42,852 bases of DNA from Chiloscyllium plagiosum (taxonomy: Eukaryota): the NCBI RefSeq assembly GCF_004010195.1, contig NW_025215375.1:124001-166852 (forward strand). Reading direction: 5' to 3'. The translations under genes and the position numbers were made by a program. The notes below the pieces were generated by a model, which was not told the origin of the DNA, made no database searches, and saw nothing but the letters and a program-made list of their open reading frames with translations. Position 1 is the first letter of the stretch. Every line of letters begins with the position of its first letter. Shown here piece by piece: positions 1 to 12,519 of the stretch.

Positions 1-224
1 TCTTCTATTTATCCTCATCCATTTGCAAATAGATGGTCTATATGAATGCCTTGTCACCAGGTTTGCTGGCCGGGATAGATATCAGATCCGGTGGTCATTG
101 GACTGATTCAGTGGTCTCACTTTCCTGAAGTCACACTTAAGATTTTACTGTCAAGTCTATCCAGTTTAAAGAAAAGGCCTTGCTGGAGTTGTGCTGAAAG
201 AATATTTGAATTTTGGAGACATTA

Positions 225-770
225 GAACATGTCACGTGCGAGTGAGGTTAGGAATCGAAAGATAGCACAGTAAAATACATTATCAAAGTGTTGTGGGGGC
301 GGCAGCACTTCCGATATGTGGATCATTGGGATCCCGAGTCAGTAGGTCATAGACAAAAAGGACGTGTGAACCTGAACTGTCAGCAATTTACGATATGTGG
401 CTTACTCGGATTCACAGGTCAGTAGGATACACACAAGAACGACGGGATGCACATGAACTGATAGCAATCTCAGATATGTGGATCATTGGGATTCCCGATT
501 GATAGGATATAAACAAAATGGATGGGATGGCTTTGAACTGGCAGCAATCTCCTGGCAGGCAGGTTTGCTATTGTCCTTTACGAGGGTTTAAACTAGTGTG
601 CGGCGGCAGTGGGAGAGGGGTGTATGGAACCCACAGCAGTCGGTCCACAGGTGCAGAGACTGAGGAGGAGTTGGAGACTAATCGCAGTACAGCTAAGAAC
701 AACAACAACAAAAAAGAGGGTACTGATCAAAGTGGCCTGGCAGTCTGAGGTGTCCTTATCTTCATATGAG
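225..770 (+). mobile_element. Degenerate CR1-clade LINE fragment: 3' end of ORF1 (SGNH esterase-like) and ORF1/ORF2 spacer
   Basis: Decayed translation resembles the CR1 ORF1 C-terminus: RASEVRNRKIAQ, Y(V)DHWD, xDG(M)H(M)N (the DGLHLN motif), LAGRFA, and a GGTTTAAACTAG ending (xGLN*). Confidence 0.6.
300..552. repeat. Three diverged tandem copies of a ~80-bp unit inside the CR1 ORF1 remnant
   Basis: GATATGTGG recurs at 313, 392 and 473; each copy is followed by ..TAGG..A.ACAA.A..GA.G....TGAACTG..AGCAAT. Confidence 0.85.
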
Positions 771-809
771 GGATCTGTTTGTTTGAACAGATATTTTTAT
801 GTCGCTGCA

Positions 810-1743
810 TGTCAGAAAATAGGAAGAGATAATGGTTAATTTTCCACTGTGTCCTTCACTGGACCAGCTTGTCTCTCCAGGCAGTAAAACTTGTTATCGT
901 GTGTCAGAGAACTTCAGAATTAATACAACACAGAAGGAGGCCATTCAGCCCACCATGCGTCCACGAGGTCTCCAACTTGACAGCTTGAAAATAGAAGGAA
1001 TGATCGGAGATAGACTGAGAGGGAGAGAAATAAACGGAGAGAAAGACAATGAAGTGAGATAAACAGAGTGGAAAAGGGAGCTACAGAGCAAGTGAGAGCA
1101 AGGAGTGTCAGACGAATGTGAAGTTAGATCAGGAGTCAGCATGAGGAGGAATACACAGAAACCTTTCTTAGAAACTCTCGCAGACTGTAAGCCCTTTGTC
1201 TGGTGCCATACTCTGTGAGCACCATGCTGATACTGGCTTTCATTCCAGATCATTTATCGCCAATATCATCCCAGAACTGAGTGGCTGACAGCTAAACACA
1301 ATCCAATAGACCAATAGATTGGTTCCAGGGCGAGGGTGGATTAATTTAAATATTCTGAGCCAACAGAAACTTGTAGCCCCTCTGGACACTGCGTGAGAGG
1401 CAGGATGGAGTCTCAGTGAAGGGAATCACTGGCAGAGGGGAAATCAGGATCTCAGCTCTGGGTCAAATAATGATTGATAAAGTTTGCACAGCACTTCCAT
1501 GGTTTTGTAATTCACATTTCAATTTATATAGCTCCACATAGTAAGTGTATTTTAACAATATTGACTTTTTGTAGTTTTCATATTTTGGTATGTGCAGAAC
1601 AGCTTTTATCTCCTTGTATTTTGTGTTGAATAAACACATTTTATTATTGAGGAAGAAAGAGCCTGCTCAGATGGGACATTCGTCATGTGAACCACGCTGG
1701 GACCAGAGTCCGAGTGAATCCTAACCAGCACAAATGAATGACA
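810..1743 (+). mobile_element. Possible solo LTR-like insertion
   Basis: TGTCA...TGACA termini, CCAAT motifs at ~1304-1315, an AT-rich TATA-like segment at ~1341 and AATAAA at 1629. No target-site duplication found. Confidence 0.3.
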
Positions 1744-3756
1744 ATGAGAACAGGGACGTTAAGTGCAGGACTGAAGGGTTTACAACTGAATGCATGCTGT
1801 GTAAGGAATAAGGTGAATGAGCTTGTGGCTCATTGAATCGGCATGTATGAAGTGACGGGCATCACAGAGATGTGGCTGCAAGGGGATCCGAATATTTAAG
1901 GATATTTATCCTATCGAAAAGATAGGCAGGTGGGCAGAGGGAGTGGGATTGCATTATTAGTAAGAAATGAAATTAAATCAATAGTAAGAAAGGAAGTTAG
2001 GTCAGATGGTGCAGAATCTGAGTAGGTAGAATGGAGGGACCACAAAGGTAAGACAACCACAGTTGAAGTCTTGTACGGGGATCCAAAGAGTAGTCAGGAG
2101 CTGGGGCACAATATACACCAGGAGATAGAAAAGATGTGTAGGAAAGGCAAAGCACAGTAATCATGGGTGATTTCAGTATGCAGGGGAACTGCGAATATTA
2201 GATGGTAGTGGTTCGCAAGAAAAGGAATTTTAGGAATGTTTATGAGATGGCTTTTTGGAGCAACTTGTGGTAGAGCCCACTCGGGAACAGATGATATTGG
2301 ATTTAATGACGCAGGATTCGTAAGGGAGATTAGGGTGAAGGTAAACTTCGGAAACAATGATTAGAACCTGGTTGAATTTATTCTGCAATCTGAGAGAGAG
2401 AAGATAGAGTCAGAGGTGTCGGTACTTCAGCTGAATAAAGGCAACTACAGAGGTATAAGGAAGAAACTGGGTAGAATTGACTGGGATAGAGGTCAAGCAT
2501 GAAAGACAGGGGAACAGCAATGGCAGCAGATTCCAAGATTAATTCAGGAGACACAGCAGAGATTATTGCCGAGGAATAGAAAGCATGGTAAAGGGAGGAT
2601 GAGGCAGCCAGGGCTGACAAGGGAAGTCAGGGCTTGCATACATGCAAAAAGAGCAAGCATATAATGTTGTGAAGGGCAGTGGGAAACAAGAGAATTGGGA
2701 AACGTGTAAAGACTAACAGAGGGCAAATAAAAGGGACAGAGAAGATTAGATATGGGAGTAAGCTAACCAGTAATAGAAAGGAGACTGAAAGAGGTTCTTT
2801 AGATATATAAAGTGCCAAAGAGACGCAAAAGTGAATATGGACCACTGGAAAATGATGCTGGAGAGACAATAGTGGAAAACAAAGAAATGAATGAGGAACT
2901 TTGCATCAATGTTCATGGTGGAAGACACGAGTAATTTCCCAACAACTGAAGAGACTGAGAGGGCAGAGCTGGGTATGGTGGTCATCACCAAGAAGAACAT
3001 GCTAGAAAACTGAATGGCCTGAATTTGGATAAATCACCTGAACCATATGGACTACACCCCAGCCTTGTAAGGGAGATAGCTGAAGACGTAGTGAAAGTGA
3101 AAGTGGTAATCTTTCAGGAATGACTAAAATCAGGAAAGGTTGGAAAATTGCTAACGTGACTCTCCATTTAATTAGGGAGTCAGGCAGAAGATGAAAAATT
3201 ACAGACTAACCTAAAATTACAGACTAATGATCAGCGTTACCTTGGTTGTGTGTAACATCCTGGAATCCATCGTTAAGGATGGGATTTCTGAATACTTGGA
3301 ATTATTTTGTAAAATAATGCAAAGTCAGCATTATTTCATCAATGGGAGGTCATGCCCGACAAACCAGCTGCAATACTTTGAGGGAGCAACGAGCAGATTT
3401 GATCAAGGAGAACCAGTAGATTTTATCCACCTGCTTCTCTAAATTCCTTTGATTTTGTGCCACGCAGGAGGTTATTGAGAAAGCTTAGGGCCCCTGGTAT
3501 TACAGGCAAGGTGCTAGCGTGGATAGATGCATGGCTGTCTGACGAAAAACAGAGAGTGGGGATAAAAGTGTCCTTCACAGGATGGCATCCAGTGACAAGT
3601 GGTATTCCTCAAGACTCAGTGTTGGGACCATAAAATTCGCTTTGTGTATTCATGGTCTACATGAAGGAACTGAGGGCATTCTGGCTAAGTTTTCAAACAG
3701 TGCAAAGATGGAATAGTGGGATAGGTAGCATGGAAGACGTGGTTCAGCTGCAGGAG

Positions 3757-4720
3757 GGTGCAGTAGCACCCTCAAGTACGCCTCTGATGCACCTCTTCCA
3801 GACCACCAACCTCAGGGCACAACGCATCAACCTCCGCCATTTCAGCCACCAAATGGCAGACCACACCACCAGAGATATACTCCCCTTCCCACTCCTATCA
3901 GCATTCTGCAGAGACCATTCCCTTCACGAATCCCTCGTTAGGTACACGCGTCCCTCCACCCCACACATCCCAACAAGCCACCTTCCTCTCCCGGCACCTT
4001 CGCTTGCAATGTAAGAGGTATGACACCTGTGCCAACAACGTCCTCCTCACCTCCATCCAAGGGCCCAAAAGATCCTTCCACATCAGGCAGAGAATATCCT
4101 GTGCATCCAAACACATCATCTACTCTGTCCATTGCTCCTTGTCTCCTCTACACTGGGAACACAGGACGCCAACTTGCAGAACAGTTCAGGGAACACTCCC
4201 CGTCACACACCCAACAACCCACTTCCCTGTGGTTGAATGCTTCTCCTCCCACTATCACTCCTCCAAGGACATGCAAGTTCTTGGCCTCCTCCACTGCCAC
4301 ATTTTAGCCACCAGACGTCTGGAGGAAGAGCGCATTGTCTTCCGCCTTGGGACCCTTCAACGGTATCCAGCGCAATGTCACCAGCTTCCTCATCTCCCCT
4401 CCCTCCACCTTATTCCAGATCTAACCTTCCAACTGAGCACCGCTTACTGAACTGTCCTACCTGTCTATCTTCCTTCCCATCTCTCCACTCCACCTTCCAC
4501 TCTCACCACTCCCCTTCATTTAGTCATCGCCTTCCAAGCTACCTTCATTCCAGCCCCTCCCATTCATCTCTCAACCCCTTTCCGCCCACCCACTTCATTC
4601 CTGATAAAGGCTTTATGACTGAAACATCGAATATCCTGTTTCTCAGAGTCTGCCTGACTGGCTGTGCTTTTCTAGCACCACACGTTTTGACTCTGATCGC
4701 CAGCATCTGCCGGCCTCACT
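3757..4720 (+). mobile_element. Penelope-like retroelement 3' fragment (GIY-YIG endonuclease remnant + terminal repeat)
   Basis: ORFs 4004-4450 and 4020-4307 together give CxxxxxC...SIQGPKRSFHIRQRISC.SKHIIYSVHC / LYTGNTGRQLAEQFREH / RRLEEERIVFRLGTLQ, typical of a PLE GIY-YIG domain. A pyrimidine-rich UTR and the CTGAT.A..GAAAC terminal motif follow. Confidence 0.85.
4597..4632 (+). ncRNA. Degenerate minimal hammerhead ribozyme motif in the Penelope terminus
   Basis: ATTC-CTGATAA-AGGCTTTATGACT-GAAAC-ATC-GAAT: CUGAnGA core with one change, decayed stem II, GAAA, and an ATTC/GAAT stem I. Confidence 0.5.
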
Positions 4721-6130
4721 GGGGGGTGGGGAGTGGGGTGAGGTCTGTGTGTGTGTGTGTGTGTATGTGTGGGGAAATTCTATTCCAAGGATCTTGAAAG
4801 GTAAACCTGCAGGTTGTCAGCAGTTTGGAAGGCAAATAAAATGACTCAATTTATTTCAAGAGGGCTTCAATATAAATGCAGGGATGTACTTCTGAGGCTC
4901 TATAAGATTTTGGTCTGGCTACGTTTGGATTATTACGCACAGTTTTGGGTCCCATATCTGAGGAACCGGCCCTGGAGCATTTTCCGATGAGATTCACGAA
5001 AGTGGTCCCAGGAATGAAAAGCTTAACACATGAAGAATATCTGAGGGCTATTGGTCTATATTTGATTGAGTTCACAAGGATGTTAGGAGGTCTAATTGAA
5101 GCTTACAGAATATTGAATGACCTGGACAGTGTGGATTTTGGGAAAATATTTCCAATGGTAGGGGAGACTCGGACCCGAAGGGACAGAGTAAAGAGAAGAC
5201 CTTTTCAAACACCGATAAAGACGAACCTCTTCAGCCAGAGAGTGGTGAATCTAGAACATTCACTGCTACAGAAGGTTGTCGAGGCCAGGTAACTGAGTAT
5301 ATTTAAGAGTTAGACAGATAGGTTCTTGATTGTAAAAGGGATGAAGGATTACAGATAGAAAGCTGATGAATGGGGTTGAGAAGCTTAACAGCCATGATTG
5401 AATGGCGCAGCAGACTCAATGGGCTGAAAGGCATAATTTCTGCTCCAATGTCTTCTGGTCGTATGGTTAATATTGGCTCTCCTCATTCCTCATTGGAGAT
5501 AATCCTGGAATTTGATGTTCTTATCATTTAAAAAAGAATAACATCCCAATACTGATGATTGTGAAACATCATGTTCCCTCCGTACAGTTTCTGCAGCCAT
5601 GTCCCCAATATCATAATCACACTGAAATTCAAAACCAGTGCATGGTACTTAATGACAGTTGAATGACATCGACAACATTAACACCATGACCCTCACCTGC
5701 CCTCTCTGATCCTCGACTAACCATCTGAATTGTGTGTCACATCATATTCTCTGTTAACATATCCATGCCATATGTCTGTTATAACTCATGTTGTCGTAGG
5801 CACATTTGCCTGTCAGATTATGGACTAGAAAAGTTCTCTGAATATTTTACTGACTTTATAATCACTGATCAGTAGTTGCAGACTGTATGTTTCCATTTAT
5901 AAACGGAGAAACTTGTTCATGTTCTGACAATCCTTTGACATTACTCCCATATCCAAAACAGATTGAATGATTACACGCAATCAATCTACCATCTCCAGTA
6001 TTCCTTCCCCCAGCTACCCCCACATATCCCAAGCTAAATGAGTAAATTTTAAACGTTCTTTTAAATTTTCATAAAATCAAATTGAACTCATAGGGCTTAA
6101 ATAGAGCTATTTGTTCAGTGACTGTGATAA

Positions 6131-6652
6131 ATGTCCATCTCCGTGGATCCTAATTATCTCAGTAGAGAGTTTCCATCGTTGAAAGATAAATGGGTTCTAT
6201 TCAATGTCTTATCCCATAGTTTGAGTAGGAACATCACTAACATGGATCAGCAGCTCGAGAGAGGAGGGAGGAGAGATCAGAATCTGAGAACATTAGACAG
6301 GAACGTGACAATAGTTGTTCATAATCTGAGGACCATGGATTGGAATGTTCCAACAATGGATCAGAATCTAGAGCATGAGACTGGAATGTTCCAACAAAGG
6401 ATCAGAATCTGAGAATATTAGACTGGAATATTCCAACAATGGATCAGAATCTGAGAACATGAGACTGGAAGGTTATAACAATAGATCAGAATCTGAGAAC
6501 ATTAGACTGGAATGTTACAACAATGGACAGGAGTTTCTCCTTGGGTCTTCACTGGTTTTCTCTGCATGGTATATCATTAGCATATCGCATCCAGGATATC
6601 CTTTGGATTATTCAAGGTGGTTACCATCCCATCCTCGCGATAGTTGGTGTTC
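6131..6652 (+). pseudogene. Orphan paralogous first coding exon of a GPR139-like GPCR (copy A); splice donor lost
   Basis: 6110-6300 aligns by eye with 19250-19470. From ATG 6523 it reads MDRSFSLGLHWFSLHGISLAYRIQDILWIIQGGYHPILAIVGV, matching IIQYFYYPLLSIVGLP of copy B. The CCTG/GTAAG donor is absent, and the repeat carries a frameshift (~6370) and a TGA (6460). Confidence 0.75.
6275..6525 (+). repeat. 42-bp tandem repeat, 6 copies (14-aa unit DQNLRTLDWNV[T/P]TM)
   Basis: Unit GATCAGAATCTGAGAACATTAGACTGGAATGTTCCAACAATG starts at 6275, 6317, 6359 (41 bp), 6400, 6442 and 6484. Confidence 0.95.
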
Positions 6653-7064
6653 TACTAAACCGGGTTGAACTGAATTTCTGTTCATGATATGTACATTTTG
6701 GAAAGTGCAAATCAATATCTTCAGTTCCAAACAAAAATTTATTTCCTTATACATTATAACTATCAAACTACAATTTATAAATTACTCACTGATATGCGAG
6801 AAGGAACCAGACTCTTAAACTCCAAAATCGATTTTGTCTTTCACAGATTTACATTTTCATGTCCTCTACACTCACCAATCCTGTCCAATGCCACCATCAT
6901 GATATCCCAGTCTCATCCTCCGTCTCAGTGCAATATCTGAACAAACCATTTATGCCTTTGTTCAATCTGGATGCAACAGTTTCACGTTCCTTGTAATCAC
7001 ATGTCCGTCACTGAATAATTGTTATTGAGAATGTTTAACTTGTTCTCTGCACATAAGGGAAGAC

Positions 7065-8045
7065 AGTCTATGGTGGTCAAGCCATTGACTCATAATCTAG
7101 AGTCACAAAATAATGGTCTGTTGATATCTCATGAAGGAAATTGGGTAGTTTAAAAGCAAGCATTATCATTTGTTATAAAAACCCAACTGCTTGCCTCAAG
7201 TCCTTTTGGGAAGTCAATGTGTCATGCTTCCCTCGTCAGGTTTCCGTGTGACTTCCGTGATAAGAGAATGAAAAATCCAGTAATAACTGCCTGACAGCAC
7301 CAAATGTTCGGAAAAAGAGATATAATGTAACCTTTGGTTGAACAACTCAATTAGCTCATTGTCTCGAGACAAAAACAAATTCAGCAAAACATTTAAAATT
7401 ATACCCCAAAATACCCATCTCCAATCAAGTTTGAATTTAGTATATTGACAATCGTAAAGGCCAATGACACAATCCAATAGTTTGAGGGTACAAGACGGTG
7501 GAAATTTGAACAGTTGAGAGGAGAACTGCCAAGCTACCAGCATGCAAAGACTGCCTGAAAAATAGCTCTTTTAAAGGTACTTTTTTTGATTAGTAACTGG
7601 TGAAGCAGAATCACAAGAAGAAACGAAGACAGGAAAATGGAGAATAGCTGAAAGCTTCCTGGTTTTGATATTAGAAGCTTTGTTTTGTAAATCTTAATTA
7701 GCAGTCTTATCAGACTAGCATTGTGGAGGGGGAAGTTCAAAGACATGTTAGATGAAGAAGTTGTAAATAGTCGTTGGTTTATTATTCTCTGTTATACTTT
7801 AAGATATATAGTTGTTAAGTTTTCCTCTCGAATTTGGACTCTAGAATTATCACATATTATTGCATGGGATAAATCTTTTCTCTGTTGCTGATTTTAATTA
7901 AGCAGGAGAATGCATCCTGTGTTGTAACACTACAAACCACCAACAATGTGTTTTACTCTTTACTGTCCTGTGGAACAAATTAACCAGCCACTCAGTTCAA
8001 GATCGGCATGACCAGCGCTGCATACATCCTGTGAGAGAAGAACAA
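7065..8045 (+). mobile_element. Old Deu-domain-type SINE split by a solo LTR
   Basis: AAAAACCCAACTG..TCCTTT.GGGAAG..GTGACT at 7176-7256 resumes as CAATGTG.TTTACTCTT.ACTG.CCT..GCCACTCAGTTCAAG at 7930-8045. Confidence 0.45.
7258..7929 (+). mobile_element. Solo LTR, probably Gypsy-type
   Basis: TG...GTAACA ends; interrupts the SINE cleanly; its 3' region resembles the LTR at 25775-26333. Confidence 0.5.
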
Positions 8046-8999
8046 AAGTAAAGATAGCTCCCTCTGCCTGTTTCCCGTATTCCTACATCTCATTTCTATT
8101 CAGGTTGGTGATCATCCCCTAATTTAGGTGTATTCAATCTCATTGTAGTTCTCCACGAGAGTGATGCACATCTCCATACGCATCTCTGGTGCTAGGTTTA
8201 TTGATGCTGACGTACAGGGACTTGTAAGTTCCACATCAGACGGAGTGCATAGAGAAGGAATGTCTTTTTCTGGCACAGGAAGGAAACGGCGATGTCTGAG
8301 TGAGAGTAAAGGATTATTGCGATCATCCCTGAGCGTGTTGGTGAGGCAGTATTTGGCGTACTGTGGATAGAATTTCTCTCAAGTTTCAAGAGACTAATCC
8401 CTGGATGATGGCACCATGAGCAGTGAGAGAATAAGAGGTGATTGCATTGAACCTTAAGGTGTATGGACAATCAATCATGATGTTCTAAACAGGTTCTGAT
8501 ACTGAGATAAATTCGATGTTTTTTCACCAGGTTACATGATTCTCGATAGTTTAAGAGCCTCTGAGAACGATCCACCCAACTGCACCCACTCCCTTTTTCG
8601 ATTGAGACAGAGAGAGAGAGAGACAGAGAGATAGAGAGAGGGGTTCAGGCTTTTGAATGAACTCTCCCAAAATTAATACAGTTCAATTGGTATGTGATCC
8701 TGCAATGAACATCATGTTATTCATAATCCTGACAGCAGCCACAGTACCTTTATTATAAAAAAGTTAACTCTTCCCAACAACTTCTGAACTTCATGGAGAA
8801 CATGGGTGTGTCTGCTCGGCGATGGAAGATGCCTCCTTGAGACTTGACACAAAATATTTATCTTCGCTCCTCACTACCAGCAAATCGTGTAAACATAGCA
8901 CACGTTATACAAACAATAGAGCAATGATTAACACCATAGAGCCTTATATCAGTCCAGTCTCAATTTCATTGGTTTGTCATGTTGGACTATCAATGACAC

Positions 9000-11150
9000 T
9001 CTCCTGTTCCTGTATAACTGTCTCGTGGGGCTGAATAGCCTCCTCCAGTTCTCATGGAACAGGTTTAAGGGTGTGACTCTGCCTGTTCCTGTTTAACAGC
9101 TCGATGTACTGACCAGACCTCTTATCTTCCTGTGGAACAGGCAGGAGATTTGAATGGACTGTCCCCCTTCTTGTTCAGTAGTTTCCACGGGCGAAATGGT
9201 TTCCATACATCAATGTGTAACCATTTTGAGATGCTGAATGAGCTCCTCTTTTAACTGTGGAAATGTGCAGTGTCTGGCAGCGCTGTCACATAAACGTTAC
9301 CGACACTTTAACAGCACAAACCGGAATGCTGTCTGGGACTTGCTGCACATGGACACAGAATGGTTCAAGAGCTGATGGGGGACGAAATGTTCTGAACATT
9401 GTGTGATCTTCAGTCATCATCCCCACTTCAGATCTTATGATAGGGTAAGACATTGATGGAGCAGCTGAAGATGTTTGTGCTGAGGAGGATCTCCTGCAGA
9501 GATGTTTCGGAACTGGGAGGACTGTTGACCACTGACCACAAGCATCTTTCTTTGTGGTATGAAAGACCCAGACAAGTGGGGATTTACACCTGATTCCCAT
9601 TCAGCTCAAGTAAGTAGATGGTCCCGATGCCATCCTCAGTCAAATACTGCCTTGATATCAAAGCCATTCACTCTTTCCTGAGCCCCTGTGTTCACTGCTT
9701 GTTCATATCAATAGGTGACAGTATATGTGTAGGAATTGTTTTCCTCTCCGAGAGGGTAATCACTGTCAGGAATTATCTCGGCTAGAGAGTTATGCGAGCT
9801 ACATTACTGAGCGTATTCAAGGAGAGATAGATGGATTTTGACCTGTCAGAGAGCTAACGGGTGTGACGAATTCGGCATTAAAGAGGAATTAATGTCAACA
9901 GTAGATCGGCCATGATTGTATACAATGGCTTGATCGTGCGAATTACCGATCCTATTCTTTATGTCCTCATATTATTTAATTACAAAGATAATGCTTATAA
10001 TTTTCCCGAACGTTCTGTTATTGAATCTTGCAATTAGAGAGTGTAACATATTTTGTGAGTCATTTCTGGGTGAGGTATGTGGGCTGTATTCACAGGGAAT
10101 CTGGGTCTACATTATGACCAACAAATGAAGCATAAGTTGCAGAGAGGAGACACTCTGTTGTGAGACCATAGGCGTCTTTCGAACTCACCCCCGATTTTTA
10201 AATAAAATTTTCCAAGCCACACCAAACCATGTGTGACAGTCTGAAGGGAATGAATGATAAGCTGTTTTACTGTGGACCAGGTATTTGGAGGAAGTGGCCT
10301 CCATCTGCTCCTTGCAGGAACGGTGAAGGGTTGAATGGAACATACAAACATAGGACTGAACAGCATGAGTGGGCCATTATAAACTTTGTCACCCTTCCAC
10401 CACGCACAAAGATCATGGGGTGATGTGATTTGTGGTCACAGCAACGCTTTCTGAATGTATACCATTTTCCTAAATTCACTTGTCTGTCAAATGTCACCAA
10501 ATACAACTTTGAATAAATGTAAACATCCAGGCACCACACACTTCTGGTAAAGGGAATTTTCACTTGAACAGCCGTTTGAGAATTTCTCATTTGTGTTCCA
10601 GACAAAGTTGGTGTGTCACGGGCGTGACCTTTTTCTGTCCCACTTATCCACTGGTTACACCAATCTTAAATGTAACCAGTTTAGTGATGTGGCCAATGAT
10701 ATAGGTCTCAGAGTAGGTCATTTTCTAGAAAAATGTGAGACACTGTACGTTGACCTCATAACAAACGTTAAAATGATAGACTGTGCCAACCGTTATTGTG
10801 CCTCTGAAGTTATTCTGCTCACACAATATACTGATAGTGGGATTTCTTTCTGGAGCAGTTGGATTTGGCTGATTTCCCTTTGTTTTAGACAATGGAGAGA
10901 TTCCAATGAATTTTCACCAGGAATCCTTCACAAGTGGTAAAGGTAATTCAGGGATTTTCTAGACTGACACTTTGCTATCGGGTGGAACAAAGTAAGATAG
11001 AGCTATCAATTGGCTGCTGCTTCTCATGCTGTGAATATTTTTCTTCCTCTCTGTGTTTGAACATACAATAATGTTAACTGTACACCAAACTGGGCCATGT
11101 GTGCTCTCCTGGAAGATTATCTGGAAAACTTGGTTATGGATTATATGCAA
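9000..11150 (+). repeat. Segmental duplicate (intron remnant of GPCR copy A), homologous to ~29540-32540
   Basis: Collinear shared anchors: GTTCCTGTTTAACAGCTCG (9085/29636), GAGCTGATGGGGG (9369/30802), AATCTGGGTCTACA..ATGACCAACAAATGAAGCA (10098/31532) and TTTTCTTCCTCTCTG (11039/32450). Confidence 0.85.
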
Positions 11151-11269
11151 GTGCGTCATTCCTTTCAATCGCAAAAATTGTCCCCACTTTTTAATTTGAT
11201 GGCATACTTATATGTCTCTGTGTAAGTTGTAAGCATTGGTAGGTGTCTTCATAGTATGTGTGTTAATAT

Positions 11270-12020
11270 CAATACATCTTTTTCTTAAAATTTAAGTTCT
11301 AGCTTTCGTCTCCCTGATAAGAGATAATATGCATCCAGTTGATATGGATGGTTCAATACTATTTCTCAGCTAAGATCGAAACTGATAATTCCCCATAACA
11401 AAAGGCCGGCATTCCAGGAATGAGTAAAGGGAAACCTCTTCGAAAATCTTCGCAAAGAATTATGTGCTTTTAGTTTAGTTCAGGGAATCAAAACTGCACA
11501 AAGTGCATCAGGTGTGGTCTCAGCAATGCATTGCACAGGTGCAGTTAGACATTCCTCTAATTAAACCTGATACCTTTTGCCAAAAACAGCATCATTCCAC
11601 TTACCTTCCAGTCACTTGCTGCATCTGCAGACTGACTTCATATGATTCATGCCCCAAGAACATGGAAACCGCCTGAATCACAGAGTTCTGCAATCTCTCT
11701 CCATTTAAATTGTTCACCATTGTTTCATCCTTCAAGCAAAAATAGACAACTTACCTTATGTTACTTCTGCTGAAGTTTTGCTCACTAACCTTCTCTGTCT
11801 ATATCGCAATGCAGACTCACTACCACCACTAGACGACACATTGAATGACTATCTTGTTGTATGAGCTAATTGAACTTCAAGTCATTCCCTCCCTATCCTC
11901 CAGATCTTTGACATAGATTATTGATCGTTGATGACCCCACAGTGATCTCTGAGGCCATCTATCAGTTAGAGCGTTGTAGGCTGAAAGTAAACATTTGTCT
12001 TTATTCTCTATCTTCTGTTA
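11270..12020 (-). mobile_element. Old CR1 LINE RT/3' fragment
   Basis: Antisense CR1 signatures such as AAACTGCACA...AGGTGTGGTCTCA and CTCTCTCCATTTAAAT; heavily decayed. Confidence 0.6.
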
Positions 12021-12208
12021 GCGATAGCTTTCCTGTTCCTGTGTAGCCATTCAGGCAGGTTGAATGACCTCCTCCTGGGCTGTGTGATGTACTGAACGAA
12101 CTGAATTAATTCATTCTATATTCCTGTGTACTTCCTTAGAAGGGCAGAATGGTCTCCATCTGGCTCATTGCAATGATCCTGTCTGACTGAATGGGGTGGT
12201 CCAGAATC

Positions 12209-12517
12209 CTGTAACAGCATGGAGGGCTGGAATGAGGGAACAACACATGGCTTCGTGACAGCAGTATATCTCTGTAACAGCCACGAGCGGTCGATTAAGA
12301 GAGCAACCCGTGGGGTAGGCGCAGCAGTATATCTCTGTAACAGCCTCGAGGAGTGGATTGAGGGAACAACACATGTGGTTGGGATAGCAGTATATCTCTG
12401 TAACAGCCTCTAGGGGTCGATTGAGGAAACAACACATGGGGTCGGGCCAACAGTACATCACTGTAACAGTCTCCAAGGGTGGATTGAGGGAACAACATAT
12501 GGGGTAGGGGCAGCAGT
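12209..12517. repeat. 63-bp minisatellite, ~5 copies
   Basis: CTGTAACAG recurs at 12209, 12272, 12335, 12398 and 12461, an exact 63-bp period. Confidence 0.95.
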
Positions 12518-12519
12518 TG

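Larger units (their letters stand above)
1765..5470 (+). mobile_element. CR1 LINE ORF2 (APE endonuclease + reverse transcriptase) with 3' tail; decayed and interrupted by a Penelope-like insert
   Basis: Endonuclease start (LNA...RNKVNEL...GITEMWLQG) at ~1770-1885; RT segments in ORFs 3227-3442 and 4945-5292 (FSQRVVNL..SLLQKVVEA); VTSGIPQDSVLGP at ~3590-3630; CR1-type 3' tail at ~5390-5470; many stops and frameshifts. Confidence 0.9.

Noticed and set aside
6275..6525. Regular repeats here and at 300-552, 12209-12517 and 37290-38100 as CRISPR-like arrays
   Set aside because: The units are head-to-tail with no unique spacers, there are no cas genes, and the context is vertebrate.
6640..6660. 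IVGVLLN as a spliced exon1-exon2 junction, implying a processed pseudogene
   Set aside because: Only 4 of 8 bases match the expected junction, similarity stops at once, and intron homology persists downstream.
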